64,000 nucleotides of DNA, taken from NCBI RefSeq assembly GCF_000143415.4, contig NW_003314263.1, positions 2,292,734-2,356,733 on the forward strand, read 5' to 3'. This stretch comes from Selaginella moellendorffii (taxonomy: Eukaryota > Plantae > Lycopodiophyta). Made by a program: the position numbers and the translations under genes. The first letter of the stretch is position 1, and the number at the start of each line of letters is the position of its first letter. The notes below the pieces were generated by a model. That model ran no database searches, was not told the DNA's origin, and saw only the letters and a list, made by a program, of their open reading frames with translations. Below, piece by piece: positions 47,301-57,931 of the stretch.

Positions 47301-47856
47301 GAAAGAGTGGGGAAACAAAAGTAATGGAAGCAAAGGTAAAAGTAGAGGGACGAAGAGGTATGGAAGTGAGAGGAATGGATGAAACATAAGGAAGTATGAG
47401 ACAAGGGGGAGAAGCCTCAAAGTCACACTTGGCATGATTGCGCTGCAACCAATCCATACCAAGAATGAGGTCAAAAGCTTGACTCGGCACCACCCGCAAC
47501 GATTGCAACTCAAGCTCGAGATCGCCCACACGCACAACCAGGTCCACCTCATCCCGTGCACATGCATGTGTACGGCCATTGCCATAAAGAATGAAAACTG
47601 GTTCTGCCGCACGACGCAAGTGTAGACGACAACGTGTGGCAACAGGTCGAGCAATAGAAGATAAACTCGAACCTGTATCAACCAACACGGAGAGAATAAT
47701 AGGAGACTTCTTGTTATAAAAACGAGCTTGGAAAGTAAACACTGGATGAACTGGTGCCGAGTGAACCCCTTGATGATACTCCCAAAAGAAAGATAGAGGG
47801 GTCACTGATTTATTCGCGCAAGGTCCCTCCGTTACTCGCGCGACTCCTCGTTTCCC
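44375..47856 (-). pseudogene. pol: pol (protease DTG, RT FIDD, RNase H, integrase) with a stop at 46435 and a frameshift near 46202
   Basis: LVDTGSS, LDLASGYWQ, FIDDVL, HHCC and DDE motifs; lesions seen by comparison with the copy at 61.2-64 kb. Confidence 0.93.
47795..47856 (-). promoter_or_regulatory. -1 ribosomal frameshift signal (G GGA AAC plus predicted pseudoknot)
   Basis: Slippery heptamer in the gag frame, pol in the -1 frame, 6 nt spacer, 9 bp stem 1 and 6 bp stem 2. Confidence 0.8.
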
Positions 47857-49146
47857 GGATGCATCTCGGTGTCCAGACCTTCCACTGCAGCAGCACCCAG
47901 GGGACGTTGCTGACACCAAGGTCTCCACCCAGGAAATGGAGGTCTCCAATCCGGAAAATGACGGCAACGCCGATAAGTATGACCAACTTCATCACACGCC
48001 CAGCAGCGAACATCACGGCTATGACCACGTCCTCGCGCGTGTCCTTGGACTCGAGTAGCAGCAGCATCAACCTCCATTGGAACAGGACCATCACCCATAG
48101 GAAGTGGAGCGGAAGGACGTGCAGCGAGAAGTGGAAGAGGCGACGTCTCATAACGTTGTGCCAAGCGAAGAGCATCGTCAAGGGTGGCAGGAGCAAGTGC
48201 ATGCACAAGTCCAACAAGATCTTGACGAAGTGCTGGCCACAACATTCCTAGCTTGATCCGCTCCGACATATTTGGCTCCGCACGAAGCAAAAGACTTCGG
48301 AAACGAACGCCAAATTGCATCACCAACTCTGATGGCCCTTGGCGAAGACGATGCAATTGTTGGAAAGCATCATCACAATCATCGGCATGTCCGAAGGCGC
48401 GTTTGAAGACGTCCGGGAGAACACTCCAATCCCCACGAGTAGCTGCGCTCAAACCATTGTACCACTGCAACGCCGTCCCTTGGAGACACGTGGGAAACTC
48501 ACGCAATTGTCGAGCATCATCCCAAGAATGATATGTGGCAATCACCGTAAAGTGATCGAACCAATGGTACACATCATCCCCAGGATTCCCGCGAAAGAAC
48601 TCCGGTCGAACGCGAGGATTGGCACCAAGAGCAGGAGGAGTTGTACCACGTGCCGTGAACGCCGCCATCAACTTGTAAGCAACCAAAGGGAACAACTCGA
48701 GAGACGATCCGTTAGGGTTCAAATATAGAGGGAAAGGGCCCATGAATAAGAGTGCACCGCCTTTTCCAATCGGTTAAGGGTCTTGGGATATTTGGAGTTA
48801 AGCGTCCTTGGGTTTGAATAGTACTGGGCTGGGTGACCTCCCGGGAAGTCTAAACTCAGGAGCTTACATTTGGTATCAGAGAGGTCTCGGGTCCGACTCT
48901 GTTGGTTGGCTAAGGGAATCACACCACATGTTGATTGACATCTAGCTGGTCCAGTTTGTTCCCGCTGGGCTCGACCCAAGGGGTAGGGTGTCAAGAGAGC
49001 GGGGCTCTCGGGAGAGCTGCGGCTAAGAAGTCTAAACTCAGGAGCTTACACAACTGAGTTTGGTTGTTCAATTGCAAGCGCATAGCATCAAGCAATTGAA
49101 CTAACTGCTGCTCTAGAGTCAAAGGAGGAGATTGCGGATCGGCCAT
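47832..49146 (-). pseudogene. gag: gag with CCHC zinc knuckle, interrupted by a TRIM insertion
   Basis: MADPQSPP..NNQTQL|MAAFTARG rejoin in frame once 48674-49055 is removed; LQGTALQWY, PVPMEVD, CWACDEVGHTYRRC. Confidence 0.9.
48674..49050 (+). mobile_element. Cassandra-type TRIM with a 5S rRNA-like segment in its LTR
   Basis: TSD CAACT; TGTAAGC..GCTTACA termini; LTR 48674-48868; PBS TGGTATCAGAG at 48871; 5S-like core 48796-48850; only ~24 bp of the 3' LTR remain. Confidence 0.88.
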
Positions 49147-49223
49147 GAAGATGAACGAAAAAGAAAAAGCAAAAGAAGAGAAATGACAAAAAAACTGGAA
49201 AGAAATGGTAGATCTAGACAATG

Positions 49224-49430
49224 CAAAAAGCTAGATCGAAACCAAAATCCTGAAAGGAAAGAAAAAAAGAAAGGAAATGGAAAAAGCTAGATCTAGATGA
49301 TGCAAAAGCTAGATCTAAACCGAAATCCCAAAAAGCTAGATCTAGACGATGCAAAAGCTAGATTTAAACCGAAATCCCAAAAAGCTAGATCTAGATGATG
49401 CAAAAGCTAGATCTAAACCGAAATCCCAAA
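49224..49430. repeat. Tandem repeats in the gypsy 5' UTR
   Basis: ~48 bp unit AAAAGCTAGATCTAGATGATGCAAAAGCTAGATCTAAACCGAAATCCC, three copies plus degenerate ones. Confidence 0.85.
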
Positions 49431-49473
49431 TCCAAGCACTCCCCAGGGACAATCAAAAGGTGCCCCTCAACTC

Positions 49474-49641
49474 TGCATGGAATATGGAAAGGGAATACAA
49501 AAATGTGCATATCAATTAGCCCAAAAACCCTAGCTTATATACAGGAGCGAGTGGTCCGGATTGAAACCAATCCGACCGCTACCAAAATCCACTACGCTAA
49601 TATTAGTATACGACATCGTAGTCGTACACTTGGCCCTCACA
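49474..49641 (-). repeat. 5' LTR (inner 6 bp and PBS missing)
   Basis: Matches 44175-44342. Confidence 0.92.
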
Positions 49642-50533
49642 TTGTTAATTTTTCTTTCCTTTTTCTTTTCCATGTGTTTTTATATATAAAAGCAAATAAC
49701 TAAATTGACAATCAATTTTGTAAAATTTTATCTAATTTATATAATTTTTTTACACTTAAGTTTTTGTATTTTATTAGTTCATAACTATAGTGGCAATTTT
49801 AATGGCCATAACCACAGCCCATCCCAAATGGTTATGGCCACCTTCTTCCACATGCGAATTATTATTGTTACATTGTTAATAAACAATACATTAAATATTG
49901 CTATGGCAATGCTTAATTTTTGCTTCTTGCTAGCATGCATAATAGATATCATTTAATTTCCAAAAACAAAAAAATGTGATACTTTGCTTTGAAAGTTGGT
50001 AAAAGTTTAATTTTGGAACTGGAGCTGAGTTAGTGCAGCTTCAAGTACTCAATATTTAGTATGAAAACCATGTCAAAAATGAAAACATGAAATCAATCCA
50101 GCCTATAAGGTTAAATGCAAAAAAATATAAACACAACTGTTGCACTAGCAGGTTGGCCTAGGCAGCCATTCGCTATTACATGGCTGTTACTATGGCTGCC
50201 AAAGCCAGGAGTTGGGTTGCTAGTCCTCTACTGCGATGAGGTGCTAATTGACATAGGTTTGAAATTAAATATCTCAGTATGCAATGGCATTTGATATAGC
50301 TAAAGTTAAAGTTAAACATAAGATATCTAGATCTAAGCTTTTTATGATATATACTTAATCATAGTAATTACAAGATTTTGATCCCAAGGAAATCAATGCA
50401 ACGTTGCACTCAAAATCCTATGAAAATCACTAAAGAAAACGCTTAATTTCTCTCTCTAGGAAAATTATAATGAATGTGCCCTAAACCACATGGACCAGAA
50501 ATAAAAACTAGTTAGGTCTAGTTATATAAGATA

Positions 50534-50929
50534 TTAAAGTCCATCTCTTGCTAATAGTTTTATAGATACATAAATAGAACCATCTAAGAAAAGAACCTTA
50601 CCACCTATACCATAAGCTAGTATACAGTTGTTAATAATGAATCTGAAAGATTGAACTATATCCTGTTGAGTAAAATGTATATTATTAGCTCTCCATCCGT
50701 GTACTATCATGATAATTTCATTGTTATTCTTTTGTGTTTCATAAACGTGATCATAAGGTGAATTTTTCCATTGTAAGAGGACATAATCTATAGAACGATA
50801 TAAAAAACTCATTGAGACTCGTCTTCGTGGGTCATAATTGAAACATCTTTTATTAGCTCGACTTGAATAACTGAGACATTGTAGAATACTCAAATTAAAT
50901 AAGATTATAATACTGATTAAGAATTTCAT
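50534..50929 (-). CDS. Hypothetical small secreted protein (131 aa), AT-rich, intronless
   Basis: ATG start, clear signal peptide MKFLISIIILFNLSILQCLS, long ORF despite high AT content. Confidence 0.55.
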   Translation of the reverse strand: MKFLISIIILFNLSILQCLSYSSRANKRCFNYDPRRRVSMSFLYRSIDYVLLQWKNSPYDHVYETQKNNNEIIMIVHGWRANNIHFTQQDIVQSFRFIINNCILAYGIGGKVLFLDGSIYVSIKLLARDGL

Positions 50930-51584
50930 TTGAAATATGCTGTTGAAATTTTCCTTTGATTATTATAGTAAATCAGATTTAACTTACTATAAAAATACAG
51001 TCATAGAATGTTAATTTTAAAAACTACACTTATATTTTAATAGAACCTTATTTGATTTTAGTCATTAAATTACATTATTTTTCTTTTGAATAAAAATATT
51101 AATATAAGGTGAGTGTCTATTACAATCGCTTGCTAATTTTGATATAATAAATTTTGGTAGTTATTATTGATAAGCTACACCAAATACATGCCCTGGGTCC
51201 TTGATAAAAGACACTTAAAGCTAAATGAAGAAAATGTTAGTGACACCATTTAATCCTATAATCTCTTATAAGTTCCAAAATTCATCTCTCTCTCTCTCTC
51301 TCTCTCTGACCTTTCTTGTTTAATCTAACTTTTCTTTCTTTTTTCTCTATGTTTAGATTTTACCTTTCCCTTTATTGTTTCTTTTTATTTCTTTTATTTT
51401 TCTAGTTAAAAGCGATGTATTACACAATGTTAAATCTTGTGGTCAAGTAGCATGCAATCCTGTATCAACATATGTAGTTACTAGGTGATCAACTAGATGC
51501 AATGTGTGATCATGTATTGGACACAAGAAGTAGGTAAATACTGCTTGTTTAAAACTCGCCATATAAGTTCCTTTGAATAAAAAG

Positions 51585-51940
51585 AAAATTTAAGAATATG
51601 CTGTATTGGTAGCGAACAACGTGTCGATGTGCACAGCTCCAAGGACATCTCAGCGAGANNNNNNNNNNNNNNNNNNNNNNNNNNNNNNNNNNNNNNNNNN
51701 NNNNNNNNNNNNNNNNNNNNNNNNNNNNNNNNNNNNNNNNNNNNNNNNNNNNNNNNNNGGATGATTACCGAAGAAAACGAATACGGCTCTTGTCGCCGGA
51801 GCACAAGGACTTACACGGAGGTCATGCGTGATGAGAAGCTCAAGCGCAACAGACTCGAAGATCGAACTGGAAGGATTTGGCCGAGAAAAGGAAACTGGAG
51901 AAGGGAAAACAACCAGCTGGTTCTAAACGAAAGAGAGAGC
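51585..51940 (+). pseudogene. Deleted duplicate of the SF3B1 promoter and 5' CDS (spans an N gap)
   Basis: GAAAATTTAAGAATATGCTGTATT matches 54341; [16 protein letters not shown] and [21 protein letters not shown] patches. Confidence 0.85.
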
Positions 51941-52800
51941 ACTCGAACGTGGGGATGGGATGCTCTGGACAGTCCGAATTGAAGAAAAACTCGCCGGCTC
52001 CACAAACTTTGAGCCTGGAATGCATGTCACAGGCGAAGTGAAGCTTGCACAAATCATCTGGCATCTTTGCAACTGTCTCCCACTTGAGAGTATGTTCATC
52101 CATTTGCCATATAACAACTTCCGAGTATTCATCCAGTATCCTCGTCGCAACCAGAAGATGGTGAGCCACTCACAACGGTATCCACCACAGCCTTGCATAG
52201 GTCACAGAAACAGATTGGGCTCCACAATGCGAATGCTTTCTGCGTACTCTTCCACACCATCCTACGCAGGAAACTCACGCTGTGAATCTGTCAAGGCTTC
52301 AGCTTCCATGTCGTAGAACATGACCCTCACGTACCCGTTTCTGCCACTTTTCGCCAAGAAGCAGAACATGTTGCCAACGATGACATTGCACGGATAGAAC
52401 TCAAGGTACTGCAGCGGTTCCAACTCCAGGACCTTCCTCCTGCTTTCGTATATATAAACACCCCTGACTTCACCGAATTCGGCCATTTCCACCACCCTGA
52501 ACTCTTTTGAACTGCTCGCCTTGGGAACGATAGCTGCGGTGGACACGACGATCTTGGGCGGGATAGCCACCTGAAACGCCTCCGATTTGAAACGTGCATC
52601 ATGGCCGAAAAAATCATCAGCGAATCCAGCCCGCCGCTGTTGATCTTGTAACCAGCAATCGCGTTGTTGGAGGTGCTCCGGCCGCAGGAACTTCATCCAG
52701 CTTGGCTGCCGCCTGCGCCGATCTCGCCGAACAGCCAGGGCATCCGATCCCGTGGATGAACAAGAGCCGATGTTCCTCCCCCTCTCCACCTGCATTTCTT
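51930..52800 (-). pseudogene. F-box-associated/kelch-type gene remnant
   Basis: KEFRVV..VYIYES, LFL*PMQGCGG...HHLLVA..VVIWQMDEHTLKWETVAKMPDDL; stops and frameshifts. Confidence 0.6.
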
Positions 52801-54409
52801 TCGCAACGAAAGAACAACGCTATTTAGCTCGCCTCAAATGTTAATGAACTGGGTTTGAACATCGTCAGGAGAGCCCATTCCTTTGAAAGTGAAGTTCATT
52901 TTAAAGTTATGGGTTTTATAGTTCTGGGGACATGTCATGCTTTTCATTTATACCAATGCTTCGGTATAGTGTGGCCAATAAGATTTCCTGAAGACTGGGC
53001 TTGGTGTGGTACATGTAAGTTGTACCATGAATTTTTATTGCAAAAAAATTACTAATTTGACATCAGTGAAGTGATAATAATAAACATTAATGACATAAAT
53101 TAATAATTTTTCTTGAGTAAAAAACAATAGAACAAGATGAAAATTTATATTGCTAGTTATTTATTTTTCCCAAGCATGCAGTAAAAATTTCATAAAATTT
53201 ATGAAATCACCACTAAAAGAGTAATCAATAATGGTTATTTTCATTTCTTATGAAAAAATTGAATTAGTACAAGAAAAATAATAAAATGAAATATAATTTA
53301 TATATGATTTTGGCAAGTAATAAAAATTTAAATAAAATATATAATATATATAATAAATAAAAACTAAAGGAAATCACATTAAAAGGTAATTTTTATACAA
53401 AAAAATTAATATAGTAGAAGCTGAGCATAATTTATCATCATGAGATATCATATAAGATAATGAAAATAAAAGTTATGCACTCCTATAATTATCAATCATT
53501 AAGAATATTGAAAAATATATACTTGATATAAAATTTAAACTAATATTAAAAAAAATTATCTTTGTTATAAAAATTATATCATTAAATTTATTAAATTTAT
53601 TTTAATACAATGAATTCTCTTAGAATACGACATAGCAAAATTAAAATTAAATATAAATTATAAATAATGTCTATGAAATTTAGAACTCATGAATTAAAAA
53701 AATATATAACAAAGCATGTAGTTGCCCTTAACTCAGAAAATCCGAAAAGCTAGTAATATTTACCTCGTTATCCTTAGACCATGCCAATTCTTTCCCGATT
53801 GTGTGATCACAGTCTTATCCATATCCATGATGATATAATAATAATACATGTTTTTGATGGTCCAACTAGAGGCATGAGACCACAAGAAAAAAAAAAAAAG
53901 AGAAGAATGTAAGGGTGATAGTCAGGTGATGATAGTCTCATCCATGATGAAATATTTCTTCATTTGGCTCCAATTCAAAATGAGTCTAATTGAGACAAGT
54001 TTAACAATTTTAGCAACAACGTCCATAGAAACCTGACACCAACCTCAAATAACTTTTACTTGGCCAGATTGTTGTGTAGAGGCAATAATGCTAATGCAAT
54101 TAACAAAGAATCCCATCTCATGGATAAGTTACTTGATGTGATTTCCATTGCTCTGTTTGCTAGCTGTTTTTCTTGCAAAGAGAGAAAATCACTCTCTTCA
54201 TTCACTCTGATTGAATGCTTAGGCTCTTAGATCTGGGAAATTGCTGTGCCATCAGCAGTGGGTTAATCAAAATTGTTAACAAAACTAACGGTTGTTTTAA
54301 ACTCTAAACACCTTATACTTTAATAAAAGATAGCGTGCAGGAAAATTTAAGAATATGCTGTATTAGTCCTCTATAAAGGAAGAGGTTTGAGGGTATTTTA
54401 GGTCAAGCT

Positions 54410-57400
54410 ATGGAGGAAGGGCGAGAGCGAGTGGCACTGAACTCTGTAAGTTTTGACAAAGATCTTTATGGCGATCGGGTAGATTACGTTCGTTTCATAG
54501 GAACAACGCAAGAAGACAGCGAAGACGATGATCCAGGAAGAGCTGTGTCGAGGCCCCCATACACAGCTCCAAAGCCTTTACTCGAAGAAATTCCGGGCGA
54601 GGAGCCGAAAGATGAGGATCTGGGCTTCAGGAAGGAGCAGCCTATTGCTGCGAGGGAGGACGATTACCGAAGAAAACGATTGACACGGCTTTTGTCGCCG
54701 GATCGAAATGATCCCTTTCTTTCGGGGGACAAGACTCCACACCCGAGCACCAGGACTTACACGGAGGTCATGCGTGACGAGAAGCTCAAGCGGGATACGC
54801 AAGAGACTTTCCAGCAAATCGCGAAGATCGAACTGGAGAAAGAAAAGGATCTGGCCGAGAAAAGGAAACTGGAGAAGGGGAAACAACCAGCTGGTTCTAA
54901 ACGAAAGAGAGAGGAGGACTCGGGTGCTGTTGTGAAGAAGGCCAAAGGATGGGATGATCCAGATGGTCCCTCGAGCTCGGCTCCAAGTGCCTTCGATGAG
55001 ACTCCGAGGAGAACAAGATGGGATGAAACTCCGATAGCAACATCGAGAAGAGAGCGTTCTCGTTGGGACGATAGAACTCCGGTGACAAAGGTGGCTGATC
55101 AAACTCCCGTGATTTACACTCAGACCCCGGTGGGAGGAGTGGGCTTGCAAACTCCGAGCGAGGGGAAGATCATGGCAGCGCGGATGACTTCGGGGCTTTA
55201 CGAACTCTTGAGCGACGAGGACTTGGATGCGATGCTACCAAGTGAAGGATACAAGGTGTTGGAAGCTCCCGCGAGTTATGTTCCTATCAGAACTCCTGCG
55301 AGGAAGCTTGTGGCAACTCCAACTCCAGTTCCCGGGTATGCTATCCCTGAGGAGGATCGCAGCCAGGAGTATGGTGTTTTGAAGGAAACTCCGGATGGTT
55401 TGCCGATGAAGGCCGAGGACGTCCAGTACTTTGGGAAGCTCCTGGGCAAGGAGAAAGAGGAAGATATGTCTCCAGATGAGATCACTGAGAGGAAGATCAT
55501 GAAGCTGCTACTCAAGGTGAAGAACGGCACGCCTCCGCAGAGGAAGTCGGCTATGAGACAGCTGACTGACAGGGCTCGGGAGTTTGGAGCTGGCCCGCTT
55601 TTCAACCAGATACTCCCGCTGCTCATGTCTCCGGCACTCGAAGATCAAGAGCGCCACCTTCTCGTCAAGGTGATCGACCGGGTTTTGTACAAACTGGACG
55701 AGCTCGTGAGGCCGTATGTTCACAAGCTCCTTGTCGTGATCGAGCCGCTCCTCATCGACGAAGACTACTACGCTCGAGTCGAGGGACGAGAAATCATCTC
55801 CAACTTGAGCAAGGCAGCCGGGCTTGTAACCATGATCACGGCGTTGAGGCCTGATCTCGACAACACTTGCGACTACGTGAGAAACACAACGGCCCGTGCG
55901 TTCAGCGTGGTGGCATCGGCACTCGGGATCCAGTCGCTGCTCCCGTTTCTAAAGGCGGTGTGCGTGAGTAAGAAGTCTTGGCAGGCACGGCACACGGGGA
56001 TCAAGACTGTGCAGCAGATCGCCATTCTCATGGGCTGTGCCGTGCTTCCACACCTGACTTCACTCGTGGAGATCGTCAAGCACGGCCTGGACGATGAGAA
56101 CCAAAAGGTGAAGGTGATCACGGCCTTGGCTCTGGCCGCTCTTGCCGAGGGTGCAGAGCCTTATGGGATCGAGAGCTTCGACTCGGTTATGATACCTCTA
56201 TTCCAAGGATTGGGGAAACACAAGGGGAAAGTTTTGGCCGCTTTTCTCAAGGCTATGGGGCGTATAGTCCCACTGATGAGCGCCGAGCATGCAAGTTTCT
56301 TCATCAAGAATGTCATGCCTGTCGCGATCAAACAGTTCGAGTCACCCGACGAGGAGATGAAGAAGATTGTTCTGAAGGTGGTGAAACAGTGTGTTGCCAC
56401 TGATGGTGTGGAGGCTGACTACGTCCGGCAGGAAATCCTCCCCAAGTTTTTCCAGTATTTCTGGAAGCGACAGATGGCGCTGGACAGGAGGAACTACAGG
56501 CTGGTTGTGGAGGCCACGGTGGAGATCGCGAACAAGGTTGGAGCTGCTGATATAGCTGAAAAGATGGAGGAAGGTTTGAAGGACAGCAGCGAGGAGTACA
56601 GGAAGATGGCTGTGGAGACGATCGATAAAGTCCTGTCGCAGCTGGGAGCTTCCGGGGTCGACAGCCGAATGGAGCAGCTCCTGGTTGACGGGATGATATA
56701 CGCGTTCCAGGAGCAGCCGGAGACGAGCAACGGTACGATCATACTCAATGGTTTTGGAGCACTGGTTCACGCACTGGGATCGCGAGCGAGGCCTTACTTA
56801 CCACAGGTATGCGGGATGATCAAGTGGAGGCTCGGCAACAAATCCGCCAGAGTTCGTCAGCAGGCAGCCGACTTGATCGCTCGCATCGCGCCGGCCATGC
56901 TCGAGTGCCAAGAGGAGCAGCTCCTGGCACACCTCGGAGTGGTCCTCTACGAGTCCCTCGGGGAGGAGTACCCGGAAGTTCTCGCCTCCATCATCGGAGC
57001 TCTCAAAGCCGTCGTGAATGGCATCGGCATGACGAGGATGACGCCTCCCATCAAGGACTTGCTGCCTCGCCTTGCTCCCATCCTCAAGAACAGGCACGAG
57101 AAAGTCCAGGAGAGCTGCATCGATCTGGTGGGACGGATCGCGGACCGTGGCGCCGCCTTCGTCCCGGCGAGAGAATGGATGCGGATATGTTTCCAGCTCC
57201 TGGAGCTGCTCAAGGCGCACAAGAAGTCGGTCCGGCGAGCAGCAGTGAACACTTTCGGCTACGTTGCTCAAGCCATTGGTCCTCAAGACGTGCTCGCGGC
57301 GCTGCTTGACAACCTGCGAGTCCAGGAGCGGCAGAACCGGGTGTGCACGGCAGTGGCCATCGCCATCGTCGCGGAGACTTGCAAGCCTTTCACGGTGCTG

Positions 57401-57931
57401 CCGGCGCTCATGAACGAGTACCGTGTCCCGGAGCTCAACGTCCAGAACGGGGTGCTCAAGGCGCTCTCGTTCTTGTTCGAGTACATCGGCGAGGTGGGGA
57501 GGGACTACGTCTACGCCGTGACGCCGCTGCTCGAGGACGCGCTCATGGACAGGGATCTGGTGCACAGGCAGACGGCGGCATCGGTGGTGAAGCACTTGGC
57601 TCTCGGGGTGGCGAACTTGGGCTGCGAGGACGCGCTGCTTCATCTCTTGAATTGCCTGTGGCCGAATGTGTTTGAGACGTCGCTGCATGTCGCGAGTGCG
57701 GTGATGGAGGCGATCGAGGCGCTGAGGGTGGCGTTGGGACCTGTGGTTATACTGAGCTACTGCTTGCAGGGGATGTTCCATCCGGCAAGGAAGGTGAGGG
57801 AGGTGTACTGGAGGATCTACAATGGCTTGTATGTTGGGTCACAGGATTGTCTGGTCGCTGCTTATCCTGTTATTGAGGATGTGGGGAGGAATGTGTACAG
57901 TACTAGGCCTGAACTTTATATGTTTGTGTGA
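54410..57931 (+). CDS. SF3B1: Splicing factor 3B subunit 1 (SF3b155), divergent, intronless, 1173 aa
   Basis: [28 protein letters not shown] repeats with [40 protein letters not shown]. Confidence 0.97.
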   Translation: MEEGRERVALNSVSFDKDLYGDRVDYVRFIGTTQEDSEDDDPGRAVSRPPYTAPKPLLEEIPGEEPKDEDLGFRKEQPIAAREDDYRRKRLTRLLSPDRNDPFLSGDKTPHPSTRTYTEVMRDEKLKRDTQETFQQIAKIELEKEKDLAEKRKLEKGKQPAGSKRKREEDSGAVVKKAKGWDDPDGPSSSAPSAFDETPRRTRWDETPIATSRRERSRWDDRTPVTKVADQTPVIYTQTPVGGVGLQTPSEGKIMAARMTSGLYELLSDEDLDAMLPSEGYKVLEAPASYVPIRTPARKLVATPTPVPGYAIPEEDRSQEYGVLKETPDGLPMKAEDVQYFGKLLGKEKEEDMSPDEITERKIMKLLLKVKNGTPPQRKSAMRQLTDRAREFGAGPLFNQILPLLMSPALEDQERHLLVKVIDRVLYKLDELVRPYVHKLLVVIEPLLIDEDYYARVEGREIISNLSKAAGLVTMITALRPDLDNTCDYVRNTTARAFSVVASALGIQSLLPFLKAVCVSKKSWQARHTGIKTVQQIAILMGCAVLPHLTSLVEIVKHGLDDENQKVKVITALALAALAEGAEPYGIESFDSVMIPLFQGLGKHKGKVLAAFLKAMGRIVPLMSAEHASFFIKNVMPVAIKQFESPDEEMKKIVLKVVKQCVATDGVEADYVRQEILPKFFQYFWKRQMALDRRNYRLVVEATVEIANKVGAADIAEKMEEGLKDSSEEYRKMAVETIDKVLSQLGASGVDSRMEQLLVDGMIYAFQEQPETSNGTIILNGFGALVHALGSRARPYLPQVCGMIKWRLGNKSARVRQQAADLIARIAPAMLECQEEQLLAHLGVVLYESLGEEYPEVLASIIGALKAVVNGIGMTRMTPPIKDLLPRLAPILKNRHEKVQESCIDLVGRIADRGAAFVPAREWMRICFQLLELLKAHKKSVRRAAVNTFGYVAQAIGPQDVLAALLDNLRVQERQNRVCTAVAIAIVAETCKPFTVLPALMNEYRVPELNVQNGVLKALSFLFEYIGEVGRDYVYAVTPLLEDALMDRDLVHRQTAASVVKHLALGVANLGCEDALLHLLNCLWPNVFETSLHVASAVMEAIEALRVALGPVVILSYCLQGMFHPARKVREVYWRIYNGLYVGSQDCLVAAYPVIEDVGRNVYSTRPELYMFV

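Larger units (their letters stand above)
44169..49641 (-). mobile_element. Ty3/gypsy LTR retrotransposon without chromodomain; both LTRs present; inactivated
   Basis: LTRs 44169-44342 and 49474-49641, TGTGAG..CTCACA termini, TTGT on both flanks, PPT 44343-44357, gag-PR-RT-RH-IN order. Confidence 0.96.

Noticed and set aside
48796-48850. Genuine 5S rRNA gene
   Set aside because: Only the internal promoter core is present; the 5' part and terminator are missing, and it sits inside a TRIM LTR
49224-49430. CRISPR-like array
   Set aside because: Contiguous tandem units with no unique spacers, inside a retrotransposon UTR in eukaryotic DNA; the same lack of spacers applies to 32338-32570
56798-57781. 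Long antisense ORFs over SF3B1, and similarly over PHT1 and Fic-A
   Set aside because: Shadow ORFs of GC-rich coding sequence with no recognisable motifs
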